This document shows, in pieces, positions 8,584-18,779 of a stretch of 64,000 nt of DNA (the first letter of the stretch is position 1; the number at the start of each line of letters is the position of its first letter). The notes beneath the pieces were generated by a model that was not told the origin of the DNA, did no database searches, and saw only the letters and a program-made list of their open reading frames with translations. Source of the stretch: Spirochaetia bacterium (GTDB taxonomy: Bacteria; Spirochaetota; Spirochaetia; CADAEX01); contig OY759746.1 in NCBI GenBank assembly GCA_963662795.1, positions 288,001-352,000 on the forward strand. Direction: 5' to 3'. The translations under genes and the position numbers were made by a program.

Positions 8584-10531
8584 TATTCTCAAGAAGTTTG
8601 ATTATATAAAGTTCAATATAATTCCTGAACGGTTCCTTCTTTTTAATCCCGATTTTAGAGGTTTTATTCACAAGGTCGTCTGTAAGGGAAGCAATCCTCT
8701 TCACATCCGGCGGATAGCGGAGCATGAGCTTCTTTTTCTTCCTGATAAAATCCCTGACAAGTGAGTTTATATCCTCAACAAGATTTGCTCTTGCCGTTTT
8801 ATCATATAAAGGGTTCCACTTTTCCGCAAGTTCATCAAGCGTAGGATTTAAAGCCTTATCTCCCTTAAGGAATTTGCCTTTAAGTGTTTTGACAGCTTCC
8901 TGATAACCCGGAGCCTGAACAATTTTATCTCCTGACTGCTGTTTCGAGGCTGCCTCTCTTGATCCTTCGCCGAATTCCTGGAAAACCTCATCCGCCGGGG
9001 ATGCCCCGGACCCGCCCTGCTGAGGATATCCGGATCCTTCCTTTTTTTTACCCATAAAGAGAGCGCTGAGCGCAGCTATCAGTCTGCCGAATACAGGAAG
9101 ACTGTATTGTATCGGGAGAGAAGCTTTTACCTGCCTTAAAAGATCCTGTCTGTCAATTCCAAGGAGAACATCCATCTGTTTAAATTTTCCCGGTTCTGAA
9201 AAGCAGGAGTCAACAGACATCTTAATCCGGCTGTTGGTTTTATCAGTTTTGTTTGCGAGAAATATAAGTCCCGGGTTAAGCAGGGCATTCAGCAGTTTAT
9301 AGTCCGCTTTGACCAGGGCAGTAAGGGAATCGATAAAATCAGAATCATGCTGCATTTCCCTGTTTTTTTTGAATTTCCTTAAGATTTCACACCACTCCTG
9401 AAAATATTTTTCCCTTATTTCCTTGCTGTTTTCTATCAGTTTTTTCAGAAAAACCTGCGGAACCATGTCCCTCTGAATGTAATAATCTTTTTTACTGTCA
9501 ACAGATACCTTCACAAGATACGGAAGGTCCTCTCCTTCTTTTACAATTGTTGCAGTTTTTATAAACTCGGTGACAAACTCGCGTGAATATTTGGCGCTGT
9601 AGGGTTTTCCGGCATTATCTGTTATTTCATACATTTCACTGCTGCTGAAAATTAAAGGCGGGTTTTTTACCTTTACAGCCAGGTCTTTTAAATCATTTTT
9701 CTTCTGTACATCCTGCTGGACAAGGGCTCTGCCGTGTGTAATAAATGCCCTGAGCATCGACATGGATTGGTATGTGTAAATATCGGAGGCTGTTTTATCA
9801 TTTTTATCAGCAAGATCCTTCAAAACCTTGTTGCACATAAATGAGAAAAACTTGAATGCAAAGTCTGCGGGTTTTCTTATATGGTCCCTGAAATTTGAAG
9901 GCCCGTTAAGCATTGATTCCATCATGGTTTTCACTGCCATTTCATTGCCTTCAAACGCTTTTCTCAGGTATCGCCCCAGATATGCGTAATTGTTCTGGTT
10001 TTGAATATAAAGGTGTATTTTCTTGAGAACCAGGTCAAAAAAGGTTGTCTTGATAATCTCCGGCGGGACAACTATATCGCTTATTCCTTCCTGAAATTCT
10101 ATTATGGCGACTTTTCCTTTTTCAGCTTCAGGAAAATTCATTATATCCATAAAATTGCCCTGAATACTGAATACCATAATCCAGTTTGTATCTATTGTAA
10201 AACTGAAAGACCTGAGGTCAGGAAAAGGGATGTCCGGACGGTCTTCAAGGTTTTTATAATACTTCATTATAAGCTGTCTGTAGTATTTATGGATCTGGAA
10301 AGAGGAAATACGGGCGGATTCATAATTGATTGTACAGCTGCCCTCCGCCTCCATTTTTTTCAGAACAGGTATTGCGGAAAGCCTGAAGTCTTCGGCATTC
10401 CTCAGTTCCACCTGTTCCCTGTTTGATTCAAACCAGGAAGTAAGCTGATCCATGAAGAATGTGTAGTTTATTAAAGGATTATTCCTTTTAATTACAAGAA
10501 CCTTGATTATTTTTTCTATTATTTCATACAT
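8570..10531 (-). CDS. Conserved hypothetical protein (spirochete-type)
   Basis: 653-aa ORF with no recognised catalytic motif; the C-terminal WNP...NLVEDINSLVRD region resembles spirochete hypotheticals. Confidence 0.7.
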   Translation of the reverse strand: MYEIIEKIIKVLVIKRNNPLINYTFFMDQLTSWFESNREQVELRNAEDFRLSAIPVLKKMEAEGSCTINYESARISSFQIHKYYRQLIMKYYKNLEDRPDIPFPDLRSFSFTIDTNWIMVFSIQGNFMDIMNFPEAEKGKVAIIEFQEGISDIVVPPEIIKTTFFDLVLKKIHLYIQNQNNYAYLGRYLRKAFEGNEMAVKTMMESMLNGPSNFRDHIRKPADFAFKFFSFMCNKVLKDLADKNDKTASDIYTYQSMSMLRAFITHGRALVQQDVQKKNDLKDLAVKVKNPPLIFSSSEMYEITDNAGKPYSAKYSREFVTEFIKTATIVKEGEDLPYLVKVSVDSKKDYYIQRDMVPQVFLKKLIENSKEIREKYFQEWCEILRKFKKNREMQHDSDFIDSLTALVKADYKLLNALLNPGLIFLANKTDKTNSRIKMSVDSCFSEPGKFKQMDVLLGIDRQDLLRQVKASLPIQYSLPVFGRLIAALSALFMGKKKEGSGYPQQGGSGASPADEVFQEFGEGSREAASKQQSGDKIVQAPGYQEAVKTLKGKFLKGDKALNPTLDELAEKWNPLYDKTARANLVEDINSLVRDFIRKKKKLMLRYPPDVKRIASLTDDLVNKTSKIGIKKKEPFRNYIELYIIKLLENIKGL

Positions 10532-10547
10532 ATCTTTATTTAATATT

Positions 10548-11381
10548 TTAATATAGTTTTAGCTTATCCGCTACTTCTTTTATTATCCAGTCAGGAGTTG
10601 AAGCCCCGGCTGTAATACCGACTTTATTGAAATTCCTGATTTCATCAGGAATTTCATCAGAATTCTCTATGTGCCATGCTTTTTTCCCGAGTTTGACAGC
10701 GCTCTGGTAAAGTCTTATAGTATTGGCGCTGGTTTTCCCTCCAATAACAATTACAGCATCTACATTCTCCGCCATGTCTGCAAGAGCTTTCTGCCTTTTT
10801 TCTGTAGCAGGACATATTGAACCCGCAATCTTTATATCAGGATACTTTCTTTTTAAAGCACTGCATATCAGATTATATTCATTTTCACTGAAAGTTGTCT
10901 GGCTTATTATCATTGCAGGTATTTTTAAATCAAGTTTTTCCGCCTGAAGCGCGTTTTCAATAATATCATAACTTTCCGCGTAACCGGCCAGACCTTTTAC
11001 TTCTCCATGGTTTCTGTCGCCCGCGATTATTATATGAATCCCCTTATGTGAAGCTTCTTTAACCTTATTCTGTGATGCAAGAACCCTCGGGCATGTCGCG
11101 TCAATTACAATATCAGCCTTTTCTTCAAGCCGTTTTTTTATTTCAGGGCTTACTCCATGCGCCCTGATAATAACCACACCTTCAGCTTTTTCAGGATCTT
11201 CAAGTATACCCACCCCCCTTGAGGCAAGATCTTCAAGAACAGAGCGGTTATGGATAAGAGGCCCGAATGTAAATATCCTCTTCCCTTTTTCCTTCTCAAT
11301 TACGTTATAAGTCATCTGCATCGCTTTTTTTACACCCATGCAGTAACCCATACTTTCCGCGAAAATTACTTCCATCATCAT
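10548..11381 (-). CDS. ispH: 4-hydroxy-3-methylbut-2-enyl diphosphate reductase
   Basis: GYCMGV, GPLIHN, IRAHG, DATCP, SQTT, ICPAT and GITAGASTP. Confidence 0.95.
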   Translation of the reverse strand: MMMEVIFAESMGYCMGVKKAMQMTYNVIEKEKGKRIFTFGPLIHNRSVLEDLASRGVGILEDPEKAEGVVIIRAHGVSPEIKKRLEEKADIVIDATCPRVLASQNKVKEASHKGIHIIIAGDRNHGEVKGLAGYAESYDIIENALQAEKLDLKIPAMIISQTTFSENEYNLICSALKRKYPDIKIAGSICPATEKRQKALADMAENVDAVIVIGGKTSANTIRLYQSAVKLGKKAWHIENSDEIPDEIRNFNKVGITAGASTPDWIIKEVADKLKLY

Positions 11382-11440
11382 AGTTTAACAATAAAATCAT
11401 TATCCTGCAAATGCAAGATGGTAAAATTTCTCAGGCAGGA

Positions 11441-12070
11441 TTACTTATTCCTGAGGCTTAAAGTAATGCCGTGCCCTACGGGGAGTATAACTGAATAAAG
11501 ACGGCTGTCGGCAAAAACAAGTCTGTTGTATTCATCAGTATATCTTCCAAGGTTTCTCCTCACATCCTTGTTGACATGAAAAAGGGTATCATCCGCTATT
11601 ATGATTCCCCCCGTTTTTGTAAGAGAGACTAATTTATCATGCAGAAGCGGATAGAGATATTTTCCGCAATCCTGAAAAACAATATCAAAAGAATGATTTC
11701 CATCCAGACACATTCTCTCCACAATATCTTCCGCGTTCCCGTCAATCATTGTGACAATACTGTTCAGACCCGCGCTTTCTATATTTTTCAGCGCCTCACC
11801 CCTGGTACGGGGGTGATTGTCTACAGTAAGAAGAGTGCCGTTATTTTCCCTAAGGGCTTCCCCTATCCAGATCGCGGAATTGCCTATCCCGGTGCCCAGC
11901 TCCAGTACATTTACGGCATTCATCGCCCTAACCAGAAAAGAAAGGAACTTTCCCGTTTCCGGTTCTACAAAGGGCTGTATATCGTCCCTTCCCGCACTTT
12001 CCTTTTCTATCCTGTCAACGACTTCGCTGCTGCCGGCTATGAAGCTCCTCAGATACTGTAAATAATCCAT
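11441..12070 (-). CDS. Class I SAM-dependent O-methyltransferase (YrrM/TrmR-like)
   Basis: VLELGTGIGNS, FDIVFQD and GGIIIADD; start refined to MDYLQ. Confidence 0.8.
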   Translation of the reverse strand: MDYLQYLRSFIAGSSEVVDRIEKESAGRDDIQPFVEPETGKFLSFLVRAMNAVNVLELGTGIGNSAIWIGEALRENNGTLLTVDNHPRTRGEALKNIESAGLNSIVTMIDGNAEDIVERMCLDGNHSFDIVFQDCGKYLYPLLHDKLVSLTKTGGIIIADDTLFHVNKDVRRNLGRYTDEYNRLVFADSRLYSVILPVGHGITLSLRNK

Positions 12071-12171
12071 ATAGCAAGAATATAATTTTTTTACTGTTTT
12101 TTTAATACCTTTTTGTAAATCTTTAAAAATAACCGATTGACTAAAAAAACAAATAATCAAATTATTTAGAT

Positions 12172-12894
12172 ATGAATATTCCTGAAAAAATCAAAGAACG
12201 ATACAGCTGGTTCAAACTCCATTCAGCGTGTGAAGAAACACCGGGAACAGCCCTCGAAATTATCAGCAAAGACAAGGAAGGTCTTCTTTCCGAAATTACA
12301 TCAAAAATTCATTCTTTCGGCGGGAACCTTTCCTTTATGCAGTCGTGGCTTGAATATGACGGAAAAAGCCATATAACTCTTCAGATTGACAACGGCAGAG
12401 AACAGGATTCCCTGATAAAATCACTTGAGGAAATAAAAGAAATAGAATCCCTGAAAATTATTCCGACAAGCAGAAAAACATGGGGAAAAAGAATAATTAT
12501 AATCGGAGGCGGAGCCCAGGTCGCAAGCGTGGCATCCGGTGCCATTGCAGAGGCTGACAGACACAATATCCGGGGAGAGACAATCTCTGTCGATACAATA
12601 GCTGTAGTCGGCGAGCTTGAGATAGCAAATACGATATCCGCTGTCGGAAAACTCCACAGGGTCGGCATACTGGTTCTTGCAGGAGCCCTTATGGGGGGAA
12701 AGATTACTGAAGCTGTAAAAAACTTAAGGACAGATTACGGTATTCCTGTAATAGCGCTTAATATGGCAGGCTCTGTGACAAAAGCGTGCGATCTGGTTGT
12801 AACAGACCCTATCGAGGCGGGAGTAATGGCAGTAATGCTTATCAGCAATATAGGAAAATTCAATCTTCTCAAAATTCACGGCAGGAAATACTGA
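12172..12894 (+). CDS. ACT domain + DUF5612-like protein
   Basis: N-terminal ACT (DKEGLLSEIT...GGNL); C-terminal GKRIIIIGGGAQVA...AEADRHNIRGETISVDT...LAGALMGG...DPIEAG. Confidence 0.7.
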   Translation: MNIPEKIKERYSWFKLHSACEETPGTALEIISKDKEGLLSEITSKIHSFGGNLSFMQSWLEYDGKSHITLQIDNGREQDSLIKSLEEIKEIESLKIIPTSRKTWGKRIIIIGGGAQVASVASGAIAEADRHNIRGETISVDTIAVVGELEIANTISAVGKLHRVGILVLAGALMGGKITEAVKNLRTDYGIPVIALNMAGSVTKACDLVVTDPIEAGVMAVMLISNIGKFNLLKIHGRKY

Positions 12895-12967
12895 AGTCTT
12901 CAGGGCATTGAAATTATTGCCCTGTTGAAGTATCCTTCCAGTCTAAAATGCAATTCAGGTAGAAACA

Positions 12968-13786
12968 ATGAACACATTAAAATCAGTTACAGCAAATTAT
13001 CATACACATACTTTCAGATGCAAACACGCAACCGGAGATGCATCAGACTATGCACAGGCAGCATGGGAAGCAGGGCTTACAACACTGGGATTTTCCGAGC
13101 ACACCCCTGTTCCGGACGGCAGGTGGAACGAGGTAAGAATGGATATGGACCAGCTTGACAGTTATGACGAAGCTATCCGCAGTGCGCAGGAAGCCTTTCC
13201 CGGCCTTAATATATTAAAAGGGATGGAATGCGACTGGATACCGGAATACAATAATTTCTACAAAGAGGAATTCAGGGAAAAACGAAATTACTGCTATCTG
13301 ATAGGAAGCATACACTGGTTCAAATCCGAAGGGGAATGGATTTTCAGCTATTCTCCCGAAGCTTTTGGAAAAGCCAGGGAATACGCGGATTTACTGATAG
13401 AAATGATAGAATCAGAGTCTTTTGACTTTATTGCCCATCCCGACCTTTTCGGGCTTTTCAGCAGAAAATGGAACACGGAAACTACAGCCATAAGCAGGGC
13501 AATCTGCGAAGCGGCGAAAACGTACAGTATCCCGCTTGAAATAAACGGTTACGGGTTCAGGAAAGCCAGGATAGAGACAGCGGAAGGGACAAGACACGCT
13601 TATCCGGTTGAAAAGTTCTGGGAAATTGCCTCCGACTACGGGATTGAGGCTGTCTGCAATTCCGATGCGCACAGGCCTGAGGATGTAAACAAGTCAATCG
13701 ATCTGTGTCTTGATATCGCAAATAGGAATTTTCTGCCCCTGGCGGAATTTGACTTCGATAAATGCGCCAAAGAGGTGCTGCAATGA
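12968..13786 (+). CDS. PHP-family histidinol-phosphatase (HisJ/HisK-like)
   Basis: NYHTHT...CKHA, FSEH, GSIH, AHPDL, EIN and NSDAH. Confidence 0.85.
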   Translation: MNTLKSVTANYHTHTFRCKHATGDASDYAQAAWEAGLTTLGFSEHTPVPDGRWNEVRMDMDQLDSYDEAIRSAQEAFPGLNILKGMECDWIPEYNNFYKEEFREKRNYCYLIGSIHWFKSEGEWIFSYSPEAFGKAREYADLLIEMIESESFDFIAHPDLFGLFSRKWNTETTAISRAICEAAKTYSIPLEINGYGFRKARIETAEGTRHAYPVEKFWEIASDYGIEAVCNSDAHRPEDVNKSIDLCLDIANRNFLPLAEFDFDKCAKEVLQ

Positions 13787-14328
13787 TTGAACTCCTGAAA
13801 AAAAGAAAGTCAACAAGAAATTTTTCCGGTAAACTCATAGGAAAAAACATAATTGACCAGATTCTTGAAGCGGCGCTTCTGTCGCCGTCTTCGAGAGGCA
13901 TAGATCCCTGGGCTTTTGTTGTTGTGGAAGACAAAAAAGCAATAAAACAACTCTCCCTGGCAAAAGAGCATGGCTCGGCGTTTCTTGCCGGCGCGCCCCT
14001 TGTTATTGCTGTTACGGCTGATAACACAAAAAGCGATGTCTGGATTGAAGACTGTTCAATTGCGTCAATTATTATACAGCTTGAAGCGGAATCAACAGGG
14101 CTCGGTTCCTGCTGGGTTCAGATAAGAAGGAGAAAAACAAAAGACGGAACAGAGTCTGAAGTTTTTGTGAAAAAACTCCTTGGTATTTCTGATGAATATT
14201 CAGTTTTATCCCTTATCGGCATAGGCTATCCGGCAGAGGTAAACACTGCACCTAAAAACAAGAGCCTTGACAATAGTAAATGCCGCTATAACAGCTTCAA
14301 CTCCGGCTATTTCACCGACAATGAGTAA
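13783..14328 (+). CDS. Nitroreductase family protein
   Basis: RKSTRNF, SPSSRG..PW.F and GLGSCWV; ATGA overlap with the upstream gene. Confidence 0.85.
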   Translation: MIELLKKRKSTRNFSGKLIGKNIIDQILEAALLSPSSRGIDPWAFVVVEDKKAIKQLSLAKEHGSAFLAGAPLVIAVTADNTKSDVWIEDCSIASIIIQLEAESTGLGSCWVQIRRRKTKDGTESEVFVKKLLGISDEYSVLSLIGIGYPAEVNTAPKNKSLDNSKCRYNSFNSGYFTDNE

Positions 14329-15214
14329 GCTGAAAGCAGGCAGTAAAGCTGAAATATACGCTATATCTGCAGTCCTGCTGTGGTCAACTGTAGCTACTGC
14401 TTTCAAAATCGCGCTTAAAAACCTGACATACGAAGAACTTCTTTTTTATTCTCTTCCCGCAAGCCTTGCCGCAATCGCTGTAATACTGACAATACAGAAT
14501 AAGTGGGGAAGGGTTTTCAGGGCACAAGTATTTTATAAATCCCTTGTCTCCGGTTTTTTCAATCCGTTTTTATATTATCTTGTCCTGTTCAGGGCCTATG
14601 AGATTCTTCCGGCTCAAAAGGCGCAGCCGCTTAATTTCACCTGGGCTGTTTTACTTGTAATTCTCTCTTCATTTATTCTCAGGACAAAACTTAAAACAAG
14701 GGACCTTGTATCTGTTTTAATAAGCTTCTCAGGTGCCGTATTGATTGTAACCGGCGGAAATCTTTCAGAATTTAAAACACAAGAAATCCCGGGAGTTATT
14801 CTCGCACTTGGAAGCGCGTTTATCTGGGCTTCATACTGGCTTTTTACAAAAAAAGATAAATCCGAAGAATCTGTCAAACTGTTTGGCAGTTTCGCATCAG
14901 GATTATTTTATATATCAGTATATATGATTTTTAAAGGCTCTTTCCGACTGCGTACACTGATCGAAATTGCCCCGGCATTCTATGTCGGTTTATTTGAAAT
15001 GGGGATAACATTCTACCTCTGGAGCAGGGCCATGCATTTTGCCGAAAATACGGCCAGAATAAGCAACTTGATCTACCTTTCACCGTTTTTGTCATTCATT
15101 TTTATCAATGTCATACTAAAGGAATCAATCAGGATATCGTCTTTCGCAGGGCTGCTGCTGATAACAGCCGGCATACTGATAAGCAGAAAGTCAAAATCTC
15201 CGGATCGGGTTTGA
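14321..15214 (+). CDS. DMT/EamA family transporter
   Basis: About 10 hydrophobic segments; LWSTVATAFK, AQPLNFTW and LIYLSPFLS. Confidence 0.85.
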   Translation: MSKLKAGSKAEIYAISAVLLWSTVATAFKIALKNLTYEELLFYSLPASLAAIAVILTIQNKWGRVFRAQVFYKSLVSGFFNPFLYYLVLFRAYEILPAQKAQPLNFTWAVLLVILSSFILRTKLKTRDLVSVLISFSGAVLIVTGGNLSEFKTQEIPGVILALGSAFIWASYWLFTKKDKSEESVKLFGSFASGLFYISVYMIFKGSFRLRTLIEIAPAFYVGLFEMGITFYLWSRAMHFAENTARISNLIYLSPFLSFIFINVILKESIRISSFAGLLLITAGILISRKSKSPDRV

Positions 15215-15296
15215 CTGCATCATTACCTTTTATACTTCTTTTTATACTTCTTTACACGGATTGTCATAATATTATAAAATACCGGTAAGAGTGTGT

Positions 15297-15734
15297 ATGG
15301 AAAAACAACTGAAAATCAGAAAATGCCTGAAAGAAGATGCTGATGCTGTATTTAAAATGATCTGCCAGCTCGAAGGAGAAAATCCGGAAAGGCCGGATTT
15401 TGACAGGGTATTTTTATCAAATCTTGAAAACAGGGAAGTCTTTTATATAATTGCGGAACTCAATTCCATAATAATAGGTTTTGCAAGCATGCATATACAG
15501 GTTCTGCTTCATCACACAGGGAAAGTAGCGGAGATACAGGAAATGTATATTGACCCGTTATACCGCAGCTCAGGATACGGGGAGGAAATGCTATACTATC
15601 TCAGGGATATCGCAGAAGAAAAAGACTGCCGGCATTTTGAGGCAACCTGCAATATAGTACGGACCAAGACCCATAATTTTCTTGGAAACAGGGGAATGCA
15701 GAGTACCCACTACAAGTTTACAGAGCGGCTCTAA
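15297..15734 (+). CDS. GNAT N-acetyltransferase (PhnO-like)
   Basis: LLHHTGKVAEIQEMYIDPLYRSSGYG and THYKF. Confidence 0.75.
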   Translation: MEKQLKIRKCLKEDADAVFKMICQLEGENPERPDFDRVFLSNLENREVFYIIAELNSIIIGFASMHIQVLLHHTGKVAEIQEMYIDPLYRSSGYGEEMLYYLRDIAEEKDCRHFEATCNIVRTKTHNFLGNRGMQSTHYKFTERL

Positions 15735-15785
15735 CAGACGTTTTTTTTATTTACTTACCAATACCTGTGATTTATAATCGTAACT

Positions 15786-18059
15786 ATGATACAAAGCAGA
15801 CACAAAGACTGGGAAGAAAAAACAGACCTTGTTCTTGAAAAGGCATGGAACGAAGAAAGGACTCAGCTTTTTGAGCATGAAGTTTATGAAATACTTAAAT
15901 CACTCGGCATCGCAACTCCAATACATTCGTTTATCACAAAAGAAGATGATATAAACAGGAATTTTTTAAACTCTTTCGGAAGCAGTAAAGTAGTTTTAAA
16001 GATTGTATCCGACGCTGTAATTCACAAAAAAAAACTGGGCGGGGTGAGGATTGTTTACAAGGACCTGGATTTTGTTAAATATTCATTTACAAAAATGATT
16101 GATGAATTTAAGGGCCTTGATCTGCCGGTAAGAGGCATACTTGTCACGGAATTTGTCAATTATTCAGAAGAGATAGGAAACGAGATTCTTATAGGGTTCC
16201 GCGAAACACCGTCGTTCGGGCCTGTCCTCTCATTTACAAAAGGAGGGGCAGACGCGGAACATTTTGCCTCACGTTATTCGCCTCCCAACCTTGTTCTTCC
16301 CCCTGTTACGCTTAAATGGGCAAGGGACCTTCTTTCTTCAACAGAAATATATAAAAAATACACTTCAGATAAGCGGGAATTGCATATAGACCTTATCAAT
16401 AAGGCACAGGTAAGGTTCAGCGATCTTTCAATGGCATTTTCCGGTTTTTTCCCCGGGAACAGCAGATTCAGATTAAAAGAGTTTGAAATCAACCCTTTTG
16501 TTTTTGACAGGGACGGGAACTTTCTTGCCATAGACGGATACGCCTCCTTCGAACTTAAAAAGGAAAAACCGTCAGTTTCAATTTCTTCCAACCCTCCCCT
16601 TTCAACAATGACCCCGTTTTTCTATCCGGAAGGAATTGCGGTTCTGGGCGTAAGCGGCAGCAATCCGCTTAAATCCGGAAACGTTATTGTAAAGAACCTG
16701 ATTAAGGCGGGCAGGAGCGATGTTTTCTGCGTCAATCCGCGGGGCGGCACTGTAGAAATAGAAAACCGGAACATGAAAATGTATAGCTCGATTAATGAAA
16801 TTGCTGAAAATATTGATTTTGCGGTTATAACGGTTCCGGCAGCTGCAGTGCTTGATTCCGTAAAAGAGTGCGCGGTCAAAAAAGTCAAAGCTGTGCTTCT
16901 GATCCCCGGCGGTTTCAGCGAAACAACAGACAGCCGTGATATCGAGGATGAGATACTTTCAATCGCAAGAAATAATAATTTCAGGATAATGGGGCCCAAC
17001 TGTCTCGGCATTTATCATTCAGAGGGAAGGATAAACACCTTCTTTATCCCGGAGAACAAATTCAGCGTCCGGAAAAACGCGAGACAGAATGTCGCGATAT
17101 TAAGTCAAAGCGGGGCGCTGGGAATTGTTGAAATATTCAACCTGAGGAACGCTGTTTCACCAAGGGCAATCATAAGCTACGGTAACGAACTTGATTCCGG
17201 CCCCTGTGATCTTGTCCCCTATTTCGCGCAGGACAGCGAAATAAAGGTTATTGCCCTCTATGTAGAGGGTTTCAAGGAAGGGGACGGAAGAAGGTTTTTC
17301 GATCTTGTATCAAAGATTCACAAGCCGGTTGTGGTTTACAAGGCAGGAAGGACCCAGGCGGGACAGAAGGCAACACAGTCTCATACCGCAAGCATGTCGG
17401 GAGAATACGCTGTGGCAAAGGCGGCAATGGTACAGGCAGGCATAATTGTTGCCGACTCAATGGCCGATCATACAGGCTATATAAAAACCTTCTCCCTTTT
17501 CAGCGCCCTTACAGTGCATGACAGGAGAATAGCTGTCATCGCAAATGCGGGTTATGAAAAAGCAAACGCGGCGGATAATATCGGCGATCTTGAGATTGCC
17601 CGGCTTGACAAAGAGACCCTTTACAGACTTAAAACAATTATTCCCGACTTTGTGAAACCTGAACCGCTGCTGGACCTTACTCCGATGGCGGATGACAGCG
17701 AATACATTGAATCGGTAAAAATACTTCTCGAAAGCGACAGCGTTGATGCGCTTCTTGTTTCAATAATCCCCCAGGCCGGCCCGCTGCATACAACAAATAA
17801 CGAGATATTATCCTATGAAAAAAATATCGCGGCCGAACTTGTAAAAATTGTAAGGAAATATAAAAAACCTGTAATTGCTTCTACCGGGATTGAGTCTTCA
17901 TCCGGCGGTGATTTCAGCATGCTAAACGAAATACTTGATGCCGGAGGTGTTCCCTCTTTCAGCAGTGCGGAAAAAGCCATGAAATATCTTAATGCCTTTA
18001 TCAGGTATAAACTGATAAAAGAAAAAAATATTATGAGCGAATGGTTAAGGCAGGAATAA
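15786..18059 (+). CDS. Acetate/acyl-CoA ligase (ADP-forming), fused beta-alpha arrangement
   Basis: N-terminal ATP-grasp (VVLKIVS...HKKKLGGV, FGPV, EINP); C-terminal CoA-binding and ligase parts (GPNCLG, SQSG, SHTASMSG phospho-His). Confidence 0.8.
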   Translation: MIQSRHKDWEEKTDLVLEKAWNEERTQLFEHEVYEILKSLGIATPIHSFITKEDDINRNFLNSFGSSKVVLKIVSDAVIHKKKLGGVRIVYKDLDFVKYSFTKMIDEFKGLDLPVRGILVTEFVNYSEEIGNEILIGFRETPSFGPVLSFTKGGADAEHFASRYSPPNLVLPPVTLKWARDLLSSTEIYKKYTSDKRELHIDLINKAQVRFSDLSMAFSGFFPGNSRFRLKEFEINPFVFDRDGNFLAIDGYASFELKKEKPSVSISSNPPLSTMTPFFYPEGIAVLGVSGSNPLKSGNVIVKNLIKAGRSDVFCVNPRGGTVEIENRNMKMYSSINEIAENIDFAVITVPAAAVLDSVKECAVKKVKAVLLIPGGFSETTDSRDIEDEILSIARNNNFRIMGPNCLGIYHSEGRINTFFIPENKFSVRKNARQNVAILSQSGALGIVEIFNLRNAVSPRAIISYGNELDSGPCDLVPYFAQDSEIKVIALYVEGFKEGDGRRFFDLVSKIHKPVVVYKAGRTQAGQKATQSHTASMSGEYAVAKAAMVQAGIIVADSMADHTGYIKTFSLFSALTVHDRRIAVIANAGYEKANAADNIGDLEIARLDKETLYRLKTIIPDFVKPEPLLDLTPMADDSEYIESVKILLESDSVDALLVSIIPQAGPLHTTNNEILSYEKNIAAELVKIVRKYKKPVIASTGIESSSGGDFSMLNEILDAGGVPSFSSAEKAMKYLNAFIRYKLIKEKNIMSEWLRQE

Positions 18060-18106
18060 ATTCAACTGATATACGCGTATTATCAACATCAAATGAGGTA
18101 GCCAAA

Positions 18107-18772
18107 ATGGACAGTCTGACAGAAATGATTAAATATTCCGAAACCGGGGAGACAGATAAACTTAAAATCCTTATCACCGAATATCCCGACCTTATCGACA
18201 AACCCGGAGATAACGGGCTGACGCCGCTCACGGCAGCCCTTAAACACAACAGAACTGATGCAGTAATGCTTCTGCTCAATCAGGGCGCATCCAGGCTGAC
18301 TCAGATGGAAGACGGGCTTTCAGCGCTTGAATGGGCTAAAAGACAGACCGGCCATGGAGCATCAACTATTCTCCTCGCCTGGGATTACCTTGACAGACTG
18401 TACGAAGCTGCCGGGCTATGGAAGAAACACGGAATTAAGGAAGCCTACTGCGATGTATGTACAGCCCGCATAACGGAAGAGGAAAGCACAATGCTCAGGA
18501 TGGATGAAGTATTTGCCCATGGGCCGTATACGGAACAACTGATAAAGCAGGCTGTAAAAAGCTTCCCCGCTGATCTTGAAAAAAAGAAAAAGAGCGATAT
18601 CCTGAAAACTATCAGGGAACAGATAGAAAAATCATCAGTTACAGGACGCTACTTTGTATGCAACCAGTGCATGGAAAGTTTTTTTCTCCCTGTTGTATTC
18701 GGGAAAAGCATGGATGCTGTATTTGCAATCGTAGAAAGCATGTTTGAGAACACGGAAAAAACCGGCAATTGA
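18107..18772 (+). CDS. Ankyrin-repeat protein with CxxC...CxxC
   Basis: GLTPLTAA and GLSALEWA ankyrin motifs; CDVC and CNQC. Start chosen at an ATG with a GAGGT SD (the ORF is open from 18041). Confidence 0.6.
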   Translation: MDSLTEMIKYSETGETDKLKILITEYPDLIDKPGDNGLTPLTAALKHNRTDAVMLLLNQGASRLTQMEDGLSALEWAKRQTGHGASTILLAWDYLDRLYEAAGLWKKHGIKEAYCDVCTARITEEESTMLRMDEVFAHGPYTEQLIKQAVKSFPADLEKKKKSDILKTIREQIEKSSVTGRYFVCNQCMESFFLPVVFGKSMDAVFAIVESMFENTEKTGN

Positions 18773-18779
18773 GAAAAAT

